Origin: Gemmatimonadales bacterium
GTDB taxonomy: Bacteria; Gemmatimonadota; Gemmatimonadetes; Gemmatimonadales; GWC2-71-9
Assembly: GCA_033853695.1 (NCBI GenBank)
Contig: JAWOLH010000068.1
Location: 9,727-73,726 of the forward strand
Direction: 5' to 3'
Length of the DNA: 64,000 nt
Both the position numbers and the translations under genes were made by a program. Shown piece by piece: positions 31,598-40,680 of the stretch (position 1 is the first letter of the stretch; each line of letters opens with the position of its first letter). The notes below the pieces were generated by a model. That model had not been told where the DNA came from. It saw only the letters and a program-made list of their open reading frames with translations, and did no database searches.

Positions 31598-33382
31598 ATG
31601 AAGTCCCTTCCCACCCTGGGCGTCGTGCTGATCGCGGCCGCGCGAGCTGCGCGGCGGTTCCCCCTGCTCCTGCTCGCCGCCGGCCTCGCAGCGGCCGCCG
31701 GCATTCTCCTCGTTAATTCGAGCGAAGACGAACCCTACATCCGTCTCCTCGCCACGGCGACGCTCGGCCTGCCGCTCTTCGTGGCACTGACCCTCACCGG
31801 GGAACGGCGCTTCGCAGCGGGCGATGCAGCGCGTCGCTGGGCGCTGCACGGCGCCGGGGTCCTCGTGCTGGTCCTGTTCTGGGTGATGTGGCCGCACTGG
31901 CCCGAGCCGGTGCAGCTCGCGCGCTACGTCGAGCTGAGCGTGTCCTTCCACCTGCTGGCCGCGTTCCTGCCATACGCCGGCGTCGACGAGCCCAACGGAT
32001 TCTGGCAGTACAACCGGGCGTTGTTCACGCGGGCCCTCATGGCCGCCTTGTTCGCCGGGGTGTTGTACGCAGGTTTGGCCGTGGCCCTCGCCGCCCTCGA
32101 CAAGCTGCTCGGTGTGGATGTCGCCCGCGAAGCGTACATGCGACTGTGGATGATCATCGCGTTCCTGTTCACGACATGGTTCTTCGCGGGCGGCATCCCT
32201 GCGGATTTCGCCGCGCTGGAGCAGCGCGGCGACGTGCCGACGGGGCTCCGGATCTTCTCGCAATACGTGCTGGTGCCGATCGTCGCGGTCTACCTGGTGA
32301 TCCTTACCCTGTACCTCGGCAAGGTGTTGATCGAACGGCAGTGGCCGAGTGGCTGGATCGGCTATCTCGTCTCGAGCGTCGCCTCGGTCGGGATCCTCGC
32401 CTGGCTCCTGGTGCGCCCGCTGGAAGGCAGCGACCAGCGCTGGGTGCGGACCTATACCCGCGGATTCTACGCGGCGCTGTTGCCGGCCATCGTCATGTTG
32501 TGGCTGGCGATCGGGAAGCGCGTCGCGCAATACGGTATCACCGAGCGCCGCTACTTCCTGATCGTGCTGTCCCTGTGGTGGGCCGGCATCGCGATTTACT
32601 ATACCGTCGGCCGGTCGCGCGACATCAAGATCGTTCCGGCGACGCTCTGTCTCCTCGGGCTGGTGACGTTCATGGGACCGTGGGGGGCGTATCAGGTCTC
32701 GCTGGCGAGCCAGCGAGGCCGATTGGACCGGCTGGTGGCGCGGCACACGCTCCGCCCCGCTCCCCCTGGTGCCCCGGCCGGCGAGACGCGCGACGTTCCC
32801 TTCGCCGACCGCAAGGAGATCGCGGCGACGTTGCGGTATCTGCTGCAACGCGGCGATGGGAGAGCAATCGCGGCGCGGTTTGGGGGACCCGCAGTGCCGG
32901 CGGCCGCTGATGTGGAGCCCCGGGTGCGCAAGCTTATGACGAGCCTCGGCGTCGAGTACGTGTCGCCGTGGGAGACTGAGGAGAGCGTCGAGTCGATCTC
33001 CTTCTCGTCGAGTTGGGATCGCTCGCCGCTGCGCATTGACGGGTACACGTACGTGCTGCACCTGGCTCCCCGGGGCGTCGGGGATTCTGTGCCAATCGAG
33101 CCCGGCACGGTGCTGTTCTTCGTGAAGGGGCCGAATGTCTTTCGCGTGACTGGCAACGGCCGGACGGCGCTCGAGATTCCGTTACAGCCGGTGATCGATC
33201 GGGTGGCCGCGTACCGGCGGCAACGCGACGATTATGAAATCCCGATTGGCTTGCTGCGCACCGAGGCGACGGGTGAGCGAGCGGCGGGGGAGCTGTACCT
33301 CACGAGCATGTACGCGACGAAGCAGGGCGGCGCTTGGTCGGTGTCGTCCTATTCCGGTGAGTTGTTCCTGCGGCTGCGATAG
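31598..33382 (+). CDS. polytopic membrane protein (DUF4153-like) with C-terminal soluble domain
   Basis: 594 aa, about 10 TM in the first 370 aa. The family assignment is from memory only. Confidence 0.5.
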   Translation: MKSLPTLGVVLIAAARAARRFPLLLLAAGLAAAAGILLVNSSEDEPYIRLLATATLGLPLFVALTLTGERRFAAGDAARRWALHGAGVLVLVLFWVMWPHWPEPVQLARYVELSVSFHLLAAFLPYAGVDEPNGFWQYNRALFTRALMAALFAGVLYAGLAVALAALDKLLGVDVAREAYMRLWMIIAFLFTTWFFAGGIPADFAALEQRGDVPTGLRIFSQYVLVPIVAVYLVILTLYLGKVLIERQWPSGWIGYLVSSVASVGILAWLLVRPLEGSDQRWVRTYTRGFYAALLPAIVMLWLAIGKRVAQYGITERRYFLIVLSLWWAGIAIYYTVGRSRDIKIVPATLCLLGLVTFMGPWGAYQVSLASQRGRLDRLVARHTLRPAPPGAPAGETRDVPFADRKEIAATLRYLLQRGDGRAIAARFGGPAVPAAADVEPRVRKLMTSLGVEYVSPWETEESVESISFSSSWDRSPLRIDGYTYVLHLAPRGVGDSVPIEPGTVLFFVKGPNVFRVTGNGRTALEIPLQPVIDRVAAYRRQRDDYEIPIGLLRTEATGERAAGELYLTSMYATKQGGAWSVSSYSGELFLRLR

Positions 33383-33461
33383 TCCTGGCTCACGGGGGCG
33401 GCGGTGGAGATGTCGTCGCTCGTGCTTCAGTGACTGACCTCCACCGCGCCACCGTAGCGCG

Positions 33462-33971
33462 TCAGCGCGATTTGGCGGGGGCGGCCGCGGGGATCGGGAG
33501 CGGCAGGTCGCTATTCCAGATGTCCTGCGCCATCAGCCACTTTCCATTGTCCTGGACCCAGCGCACGAGATACTTGCCGGAGTCCACGGGCGGAACGCCG
33601 GGGGGCCGCGTAGCACCGGCTGGCCAGATCCAGGTCCAGCGTCCCATTTCGGTTGCCGCGGAACCACTCCCCCACACGGAAACGGATTTGAGCTCGAGCG
33701 CGGGCTTCACGGAGTTGATGGTCGCGAAGAAGGCGCGAATCGAATCGCGGCCGTGCACGGTCGCCATATTGGGGGGCATGACCACCGCGTCGGCAGCGTA
33801 GAAGTCGGCGATCGAGTCGGCGTGCCCGGTGGAGGTGAGTCGAGCCCAGCTGGCGTTGGTGGCGTCGATCGCGGCGCGGGCGGCGGCGGAGGTGTCGGGC
33901 GGGGGAGTCGCGGCTGGCTGGCAGGCGGCGAGTATCGCTGCCGCGGTTGAAACCCAGGCGAAGAGGCGCAT
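33462..33971 (-). CDS. SnoaL/DUF4440-like (NTF2 superfamily) lipoprotein
   Basis: ATG 33971 inside track ORF 33462..34178. Lipobox ILAAC. NTF2-like pattern (..FYAADAVVMPPN....GRWTW..). Confidence 0.6.
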   Translation of the reverse strand: MRLFAWVSTAAAILAACQPAATPPPDTSAAARAAIDATNASWARLTSTGHADSIADFYAADAVVMPPNMATVHGRDSIRAFFATINSVKPALELKSVSVWGSGSAATEMGRWTWIWPAGATRPPGVPPVDSGKYLVRWVQDNGKWLMAQDIWNSDLPLPIPAAAPAKSR

Positions 33972-34015
33972 GCGGTCCTCGGTTGACGGAAGGCGACGAC
34001 AATAGAGGAGGGCGG

Positions 34016-34852
34016 CTAGTCCTGCAAGTCGCACCGGATCGCGGCGGCCGGTGCGGAGTGGGTGAGGGCCCCGATTGCGATGAGTGTCGCGCCGGCCTCC
34101 GCGTATGACCTCGCGGTGTCGGGCGTAATGCCGCCGGAGGCCTGGATCGTGACCCCGGGACCCGCGCGCCGCGCCCATGCGGCGAGCCGCTCCGGGGGCT
34201 GGTTATCCACCAGCAGGTGTCGTACGCCGGCGGCGAGGGCCTGCTCGAGCTGGGCATCGGACTCGACTTCAACGATCACCGGTATTCCCGCGGGGGCACG
34301 GCGCAACGCCGCAGCGAGCGAATCGCCATCGCGCGCGAGCAACGTCCAGTGGTTGTCCTTCCAGAGGACCGCCTCCGCGAGCGAGGCGCGATTGTCCACG
34401 CCGCCACCGATGCGGACCGCGTATTGCTCGAGCGCGCGTAGCCCCGGGGTCGTCTTTCGGGTGTGTGTGATGCGGGCCGAGGTGCCGCGGACGGCGTCGA
34501 CGGCGTAGCGCGTGGATGTCGCGACTCCGGAGAGCCGCTGCAGGAAGTTCAGGGCGACCCGCTCGCCCGCGAGCAGCGCGGCGGCTCGGCCGCGGGCGGT
34601 GGCGAGTGACCGGCCGGGTTCCGCCCAGCTGCCTTCGGCGGCTGTAGCGGTCAGCGTGACGCCGGCATCGAGCTCCTGAAAGACGGCCGCGGCAACGGGG
34701 AGCCCCGCCACGACGAACCGACCCTCGGCCACAAAGCGCGCCTCTGCGACTCCGGCGGCGGCGGCACCGAGCAGGCGTGTGGTGACGTCCTCGGCGGCAT
34801 GGTCTTCGGCGAGGGCGCGACGCACCTCGGCGACACCCAGGCCCTCAGCCAA
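34016..34852 (-). CDS. nadC: nicotinate-nucleotide diphosphorylase (carboxylating)
   Basis: Signature ITHTRKTTPGLRALEQYAVRIGGG. Overlaps nadA by 8 nt. Confidence 0.9.
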   Translation of the reverse strand: MAEGLGVAEVRRALAEDHAAEDVTTRLLGAAAAGVAEARFVAEGRFVVAGLPVAAAVFQELDAGVTLTATAAEGSWAEPGRSLATARGRAAALLAGERVALNFLQRLSGVATSTRYAVDAVRGTSARITHTRKTTPGLRALEQYAVRIGGGVDNRASLAEAVLWKDNHWTLLARDGDSLAAALRRAPAGIPVIVEVESDAQLEQALAAGVRHLLVDNQPPERLAAWARRAGPGVTIQASGGITPDTARSYAEAGATLIAIGALTHSAPAAAIRCDLQD

Positions 34853-35783
34853 TGGCGAGCATCCGCTCGATCGCGGTCCGTGCCCGCGCCGCGGTCTCAG
34901 CCTGTACCGTCACGCGGTGCTTCAGGTCGCGCAGGGCGTCGCGCAGGTTTTCGAGCGTGATCTGCTTCATGTAGCGGCACTCGGCCGATTCGGCCGCGGC
35001 GATGAATTGCTTTTCCGGGTTCTGATGCCGCAGCCGGTGCAACACGCCGGTCTCCGTGGCGACTACGAAGCGGCGGGCGGGGGAGGTGCGGACGCGCTCG
35101 GTCATCTGCTCGGTCGACACGATCTGCATGCGGCCCGCGGCGACGTCCCCTTCCGCTTCGGCATAGTACATGGCGCTCGTGACGCAGCCGCACTCCGGGT
35201 GCACCAGGAACTCGGCGTCGGGATACTCGACGCGACGCCGCTCCAGGTTTTCCTTCGTGAGTCCGGCGTGGACGTGGCACTCGCCCATCCACACATCCAT
35301 CACCCGTCCCGTGACCTTGCGCAGATAATTCCCGAGGAAGAAGTCCGGCAGGAACAGCACCGGCACATCGGGGGGGAGGGACTTGATCACCGCTACGGCG
35401 TTGCCCGAAGTGCAGCAGTAGTCCGCTTCGGCTTTCACGTCGGCCGCGGTGTTGACGTACGCCACCACCAGTCCGCCCGGGTGCGCGGCGCGCCAGGTGC
35501 GCACGTCGGCCGCCTGGATCGTCGCTGCGAGCGAGCAGCCGGCGGTGGGGTCGGGAATGAGGACGATCTTGCCGGGATTCGCGATCGCAGCGGTTTCGGC
35601 CATGAAGTGCACGCCGCAGATCACGAGGACCGGCACATCGAGCTCGGTGGCACGGCGGGCCATTTTCAGCGAATCGGCGACGACATCGGCCAGGTCCTGG
35701 ATTTCGGGACGCTGGTAGTTGTGGGCGAGGATCGCGGCGCGGCGCTCGGTGCGGAGGGCGTTGATTTCGGCAATCAGATCCAT
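34845..35783 (-). CDS. nadA: quinolinate synthase
   Basis: 312 aa with ILAHNYQRPEIQD, CGVHFMAETA and VHPECG motifs. Confidence 0.9.
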   Translation of the reverse strand: MDLIAEINALRTERRAAILAHNYQRPEIQDLADVVADSLKMARRATELDVPVLVICGVHFMAETAAIANPGKIVLIPDPTAGCSLAATIQAADVRTWRAAHPGGLVVAYVNTAADVKAEADYCCTSGNAVAVIKSLPPDVPVLFLPDFFLGNYLRKVTGRVMDVWMGECHVHAGLTKENLERRRVEYPDAEFLVHPECGCVTSAMYYAEAEGDVAAGRMQIVSTEQMTERVRTSPARRFVVATETGVLHRLRHQNPEKQFIAAAESAECRYMKQITLENLRDALRDLKHRVTVQAETAARARTAIERMLAIG

Positions 35784-36013
35784 CGGACAGCTCCCATTGG
35801 TCGTGGTGCCTGGGGCTGGGGGGCCGTTTGGGCAACGCCTCGATCCGACGCAGGTGCCGGATCGCTCCCAGCCTGGGACGCGTTTTCCGCGTTACGGGAT
35901 AACCTAATCAGTGGTTAGAGGGCACGGCAGCAGACGGATATGGTCCGTCCAAGCGTGGTCGCCGTTCTTGCGCTCGGCCTCGCGTGCCGGCGACATCACG
36001 GCTGACGACTGCT

Positions 36014-36412
36014 ATGAACACCTCAGTGACTGCCGCTGGCCTCTCCCTTTGCATGACGCTCGCAGCGTGTAACGACGCGTTGCGACCCCCTTCCTGTACC
36101 GTGGGCGAGTCGATCACTGTGGCGGTCACGACCTCGCCGAGCGGGCTGCCACCTCAGTTCTCCTGGTCGCGGGCATGCCCCATGGGCCAAGTCTCTGTCG
36201 ACAGCGGCACGTTCGACGGCCCCAACGCGTGGTTCGTCAGCTCGGACAGGAACCGAATCCCCTCTCCAGTTCGTTATGGCGATGCTCAAGCGGGGAAGGT
36301 TTTCACCACTCCCCAAGCCTTGACCCCGGGTTCCCAATACGCTGTCTCGGTGTGGCTCTGGGTCGGTGGCACTACCTATTGGCGTGCTGGAGTCGCTTCC
36401 TTCGTCCGGTAA
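36014..36412 (+). CDS. hypothetical lipoprotein
   Basis: Internal ATG of track ORF 35984..36412. Lipobox TLAAC. Lower G+C than the upstream genes. Confidence 0.5.
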   Translation: MNTSVTAAGLSLCMTLAACNDALRPPSCTVGESITVAVTTSPSGLPPQFSWSRACPMGQVSVDSGTFDGPNAWFVSSDRNRIPSPVRYGDAQAGKVFTTPQALTPGSQYAVSVWLWVGGTTYWRAGVASFVR

Positions 36413-36512
36413 GGCGCAGATTGGCTCCTCCGTAGCAGTCCCCTCGTCGCGAGTTGCCGCGTGCGGTCTCCTGTGCCCGTCTGGCTGCATTGCGTGCAAG
36501 CGCAGCCTTTTC

Positions 36513-36860
36513 CTAGTTGACGGTGATCGTTCCAGTCATCCCCGAGTGAATCTTGCAGTGGTACGTGTACGTTCCAGCCGTCGAGAAGGTGAATATGAAG
36601 ATTTGACCAACCGGCAGATTGGTATCGAACGCGCCGCCGTCGGCCGTAACGGTGTGGAGCACTGAGCTGGTGTTCTGCCAGCACACCTTATTTCCATGCG
36701 CGATCGTCGCAGCTTTCGGATCGAAGGTGTTCGAACTGGTAGTGTTCACGATGGCATCGGCTGAGGCAAACTGGCACGGCTTCGCTGGACTCGTGGAGCC
36801 ACTGCAGGCGGGGAGAAGGACGATGACGAGCACAATCGCTATGGGAGTGAGGTGGCGCAT
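36513..36860 (-). CDS. cupredoxin (plastocyanin/azurin-like type-1 copper) lipoprotein
   Basis: ATG 36860 gives the lipoprotein signal ..VLLPAC. C-terminal copper ligands in YTYHCKIHSGMTG. Confidence 0.7.
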   Translation of the reverse strand: MRHLTPIAIVLVIVLLPACSGSTSPAKPCQFASADAIVNTTSSNTFDPKAATIAHGNKVCWQNTSSVLHTVTADGGAFDTNLPVGQIFIFTFSTAGTYTYHCKIHSGMTGTITVN

Positions 36861-36950
36861 AGCGTGCCTTTGATTCGGGTACGTAAAAACGTAGCATACA
36901 CGTTTCCCGCCAGCCGGTTGCATCTCACCATCCCACCGCCTAGCATTGTC

Positions 36951-37083
36951 TTGCCCTCGGTAGCGTGGAAGAACAAGGTCCAGAGAAACACAGAGAGTGC
37001 CCGGTTGGGGAAGTTCGGAATCCTCTAACTGCGTATGTTACAAGTGACGGGACGTAGCGCAGTCCGGTAGCGCACCTGAATGG
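36951..37083 (+). repeat. direct repeat, left copy (tRNA-Pro upstream region + first 36 nt of the tRNA)
   Basis: Aligns with 40457..40591. 37034..37083 is identical to 40542..40591 (50 nt); further upstream the copies are similar but diverged. Confidence 0.85.
37048..37083 (+). pseudogene. tRNA-Pro 5' fragment (36 nt, ends after the second anticodon base)
   Basis: CGGGACGTAGCGCAGTCCGGTAGCGCACCTGAATGG is identical to 40556..40591. The sequence then diverges, with no 3' half. Confidence 0.85.
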
Positions 37084-37311
37084 AGTCCAAACTCCTCCTG
37101 TTTTCACCCCTGCATAAAATCCGCAGATTGCAGCGACCTCAAGTAATCCCCACGCAACTTGCAGTTCAGTAGTCCCCAACGACCACAGGACGCAGAGCTG
37201 AACACAGTGGGAAACATGGTCACCCCTTCTCGAAGTTGACCCAATCTGCAGTACAAACATCTCTCAAAACATTTGCAATTCTACAGGTGCCGATTTCATG
37301 ATCGCGTTCAT

Positions 37312-37344
37312 TGCCAACGGAGAGTGGCGTGCCTGCCAACGGAG
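37312..37344 (+). repeat. iteron-like direct repeats TGCCAACGGAG x2 (22-nt period)
   Basis: 37312..37322 and 37334..37344 are identical. A degenerate third copy AGCAACGGAG sits at 37574..37583. They lie 650 nt upstream of the Rep-like gene. Confidence 0.6.
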
Positions 37345-37990
37345 TTGTCGATGGTCAGAGAGTCTACCTACACCCGATAGGTAGACCGCTGTTCTTTCGC
37401 CTGCAGGCCCACTTCAAGGCGAACAGTATCCCGTTCGACAGCGGCATCGAATTCGCACTTACGAAAGTTCTCGATGAGGAGGGGGCTCCTCACTTACCCC
37501 TGAACTGATTCCTCCGTTTGTTCCGCGTGCACCGTACAACAAACACAAACGCCGGAATGGGAAGAAGCACTCCAGCAACGGAGTGCAAACGTGAAACAGT
37601 CATGGAGGGGCCGCTCCGCTGATCACTCCGGAGTACTGTGCCAAGCTGCGCTTGAGAAACGCGGTTTGGTGGTCCCTCCTTTCACTCATGGTCTGGGTAG
37701 GGCACATCGGCTGTAGTAGCTGGCTGAGCGCACGCTAGGGAATCAGCCTCTAACTGTAGAGCGCCCTTGAGGGCAGAGAAGGTCTCTGGATGGATCGCTT
37801 GCACGGACGAGCGAGTGAGGCTCAAAGGTCAGAGATCGCCGATGAGGCGTCGTCGAGGACGAGGAGAGGGTGTACAGACCTAGTACAGTCCTCAACGTCC
37901 CTCCGACCTCAATCATCAGGGCCATGAGGCGAGAGAGGCGAAGGCCACCAACACCGTCTCCCCTCGACCCCGACATCGCTCGCTATCGGG

Positions 37991-38389
37991 ATGAGGCCGC
38001 GAAGGCTCGTGATCGAAGAAGTACTCCGCGACCGTGAGGTGACGCGGGGCCTGGGGGACTTCCTCACGTACTTGGATTGGCAAGTCTACGCGATCCTCAC
38101 TTTCGCCTACGCCGTGGGGGTGGACTTTGCCGCGCGAGAGGGGAAGGGGTTCACCGAGATGTTTAGTCCCGAGGCCTTCTCCTTCATCGCCCCCGAGCGC
38201 GGCGATGCGGGAGGGTTAGTTCACCTTCACCTCCTCGCGGGAGGACTCAACGGGGTCGCCATCGAGCAAGGAGGACGCCTCTGGAAGCATGGACTCATCA
38301 AGAAGTGGGAGCGATACGACCCCAACGGACGGGCAGCGTGGTACGTGGCCAAGTGGCCGGAATCGTCGGAGTACACAACGCACCGCTGA
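37991..38389 (+). CDS. minimal HUH-endonuclease (rolling-circle Rep-like) protein, 132 aa
   Basis: Three motifs in canonical order and spacing: FLTY (aa 24-27), VHLHLL (aa 77-82), YVAK (aa 118-121). No helicase domain. Confidence 0.45.
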   Translation: MRPRRLVIEEVLRDREVTRGLGDFLTYLDWQVYAILTFAYAVGVDFAAREGKGFTEMFSPEAFSFIAPERGDAGGLVHLHLLAGGLNGVAIEQGGRLWKHGLIKKWERYDPNGRAAWYVAKWPESSEYTTHR

Positions 38390-38410
38390 CCGGAGCCTCC
38401 CGGTCAGCGG
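38383..38410. terminator. perfect 11-bp hairpin between convergent genes
   Basis: CCGCTGACCGG-agcctc-CCGGTCAGCGG overlaps the Rep-like stop codon. No clear U-tract. Confidence 0.5.
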
Positions 38411-38433
38411 CGTGATCGACGTTGCGGGGCCAT

Positions 38434-38826
38434 CTACTTAGCCGTAGCGACAAACAGCGCTCCCGTCACTTTGCCGTCGGCGCCCGTCAGGGGGGCGTAG
38501 TTGGCATCGTAGTTCTGGCCAAAGACAGTGGCAGGACCGCTATAGGAGTGGTCTTGGACCAGGGCCTTATAGGCGGGAGACTCATGGTCGAGCTTTGTAT
38601 TGACCGCAGATTTGCCGTCCGGCGTGAGCAAGGTAGTCTTGGTGCGAATGAAATCATGTCCGTCGTAGGAAAAAATGCTGGCTTCGAGTTTGTCCGCGGC
38701 TTGAACTGAGACCCGAGAACTCCCGTCCCCGCGGACAAACGCAAGCGACGCCACGGACAAGGTCAGCACCAGAGCCAATGCGATCCCCTTCCCAGCTCGA
38801 ACCACCATCGAGTGCGTTACAGGCAC
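38434..38826 (-). CDS. secreted/anchored stand-alone Cache-type sensor domain protein
   Basis: N-terminal hydrophobic anchor. Pattern F.RTKT.L..DGKSAVNTKL....PAYKALV....Y.GPATVFGQNYDANYAPL...GKVTGALFV resembles Cache_3-Cache_2 sensor domains. Confidence 0.55.
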   Translation of the reverse strand: MPVTHSMVVRAGKGIALALVLTLSVASLAFVRGDGSSRVSVQAADKLEASIFSYDGHDFIRTKTTLLTPDGKSAVNTKLDHESPAYKALVQDHSYSGPATVFGQNYDANYAPLTGADGKVTGALFVATAK

Positions 38827-39450
38827 GACTCACCCCCTGTTGAGGACGGCAACTTGGTTGCGGTTTCCACCAAACTGCCTTCTGAGACTGATTCCCGATA
38901 GTCTAGGGGGTTGGGAAGAGGCTCGGATCAGGACGTGACCGCCTTGAGCGAAGCGCGGGCAGAGCGAGGCGCTGGGCCCCAGGACCTAGTCGCCTGGTTC
39001 GTAGTCCGTCTCAGCGTCGACGTCCTTGTCGTCCTTCGACGTATCGTCCTCCTCGCCCGTTCCGCCGATCTCGTGCTTGTAGCGCCTTATCGCATCCCAC
39101 CCTGAGGACGCACCTCGCTGCCCTTGTGTGCTGCATGCCATTTGTCTGCCCGGCGAAACAGGCTCCTCCGCGTACAAGTAGGCGAAGTGCATCACCCCGA
39201 TCAATGGCTCTCGCAGGTATGACGGAAACCGCAGATGATTCTTCTCTACCCAATCCGCTATCTCTCGGGCGTACGCCTCCGCAGTTGTTCGATTTGCGGC
39301 TTGTTAGGGAATTGGTCACCCGAGGATATCTCGGTCCAGGTGGGAGGAGATCCTGCGAGAATGAGCGTCCTCGGCGCGAGTGTCCACTTGCGATGAGGGG
39401 CCTGCTGACCTAGGATGCTTTCCGCACCTAACGGAAAGGAAGTTCCCTCC

Positions 39451-40347
39451 ATGCGCCACGCTCATCTAGCGTCGTTCACCCTAGCCTGTGCTATTGTCTC
39501 CTCCGCCGCACACGCCACTCCGCGCCTTTCGCCCAACCACGTCACGATCCTTTACGATGCTTTCGGGGAACGCGCAGGCCTGACGCGTGATTGGGGCTTT
39601 GCCGCTCTTGTCGAGTACAACGGGAAGCGGATCCTCTTCGATACCGGCAACAACGCGGACATCTTCGCCGACAATGTTCGTGCCCTGGGGGTCGATCTGC
39701 GCACGATCGATTTCGTAGTGGTCTCTCACCGCCATGGCGATCACACGGCTGGCTTGAACTATCTGTTGACCGTCAATCCCCGGGTCAAGATCTATGCGCC
39801 TAGGGAGGGCTTCGGGGTGTTTGGTGCCGCGCTGCCTGGGACCTTCTATCGAACCGATTCCACTCTCCCGAACCGGATGCGCTACTTCGATGGTCGTCCC
39901 CCGGCTGAACTCACCTTCGGCACCCCCTGGCCGAAGGCCCATTTCGTGTGGGTGGATAGCGTGACTGAGGTTGCCCCCGGCGTGTCCATCATCTCCACGG
40001 TGTCACAGAACCCAGGCACGTTGGAGCTGCGCGAGCTTTCGTTAGCGCTGCAATCGCCGAACGGGCTCGTGCTGCTCGTTGGGTGCTCCCATCCGGGGAT
40101 TGAAACCATTCTGGAGGCGTCCAAGCGCGTTGCCGATCACGTGTATCTGATCCTTGGCGGTCTGCATCTTGTAACGACACCCGATGCTGAGATCGAGCGC
40201 ATTGCGACTGCACTTCATGACGTCTGGCACGTGGATCGCATTGCACCGGGGCACTGCACGGGAGAACCTGCATTCGAGGCGTTGCAGCGCATTTTTAGGG
40301 CTCAATACGTGTACGCAGGGCTTGGCAGTACCATCGACATACCCTAA
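39451..40347 (+). CDS. MBL-fold metallo-hydrolase, secreted
   Basis: ATG 39451 follows GGAAAGGAAG. Signal peptide ..SSAAHA. HxHxDH motif (SHRHGDHTAG). Confidence 0.8.
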   Translation: MRHAHLASFTLACAIVSSAAHATPRLSPNHVTILYDAFGERAGLTRDWGFAALVEYNGKRILFDTGNNADIFADNVRALGVDLRTIDFVVVSHRHGDHTAGLNYLLTVNPRVKIYAPREGFGVFGAALPGTFYRTDSTLPNRMRYFDGRPPAELTFGTPWPKAHFVWVDSVTEVAPGVSIISTVSQNPGTLELRELSLALQSPNGLVLLVGCSHPGIETILEASKRVADHVYLILGGLHLVTTPDAEIERIATALHDVWHVDRIAPGHCTGEPAFEALQRIFRAQYVYAGLGSTIDIP

Positions 40348-40456
40348 AACATGTGGCGGTGCCCTGTCAGCCGAACAACAGTCGTCGATGTTGGGCTTTC
40401 GCCGCCCAAGTCGCTTGCGATAGTGAGGCCTCCTGCTTACGATGCTTGGCTTCAGC

Positions 40457-40591
40457 TTGCCCTTGGTACCGTGGCAAAAAGTAAGGTCCAGAGAAACACA
40501 GGGAGTGTCGACGCGAGGGAGATCAGAAGCCTCTGACTGCTTATGTTACAAGTGACGGGACGTAGCGCAGTCCGGTAGCGCACCTGAATGG
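40457..40591 (+). repeat. direct repeat, right copy (upstream region + first 36 nt of the intact tRNA-Pro)
   Basis: See 36951..37083. Confidence 0.85.
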
Positions 40592-40629
40592 GGTTCAGGG
40601 GGTCGCGGGTTCAAATCCCGCCGTCCCGA
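40556..40629 (+). tRNA. tRNA-Pro (anticodon GGG)
   Basis: 74-nt cloverleaf: acceptor CGGGACG/CGTCCCG, D stem GCGC/GCGC, anticodon stem CCTGA/TCAGG with loop ATGGGGT, T arm GCGGG-TTCAAAT-CCCGC. Confidence 0.9.
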
Positions 40630-40643
40630 CTGAGTGAAGATCA

Positions 40644-40680
40644 AGCCCTGCAGCGACTTTCGCTGTGGGGCTTTTTCTTC
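40644..40680 (+). terminator. intrinsic terminator after tRNA-Pro
   Basis: AGCCCTGCAGCG-acttt-CGCTGTGGGCT stem (with two G-U pairs) followed by TTTTCTTC. Confidence 0.7.

Larger units (their letters stand above)
37084..40456. mobile_element. putative integrated element remnant bracketed by the tRNA-Pro 5'-half direct repeats
   Basis: 3.4 kb of lower G+C between the repeats. Carries an HUH Rep-like gene, iteron-like repeats, a Cache-domain protein and an MBL hydrolase. No integrase seen. Confidence 0.4.

Noticed and set aside
31538-33061. N-terminal 508 aa of track ORF 30965..33061.
   Set aside because: It is antisense to the well-supported membrane protein 31598..33382 and Arg-rich. Only the last 190 aa (from ATG 31537, with signal peptide) look real.
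37311-37508. 65-aa ORF starting at TTG.
   Set aside because: It has no RBS and no recognisable motif, and it is built over the TGCCAACGGAG iteron-like repeats. The region is more likely non-coding (origin- or operator-like) DNA.
38986-39452. Two adjacent minus-strand frames (..RTLILAGSPPTWTEISSGDQFPNKPQIEQ.. and ..AEAYAREIADWVEKNHLRFPSYLREPLIGVMHFAYLY.. with an acidic tail) that might be one frameshifted gene.
   Set aside because: No family is recognised and no usable start codon exists. I cannot distinguish a decayed gene from chance ORFs without a database search.
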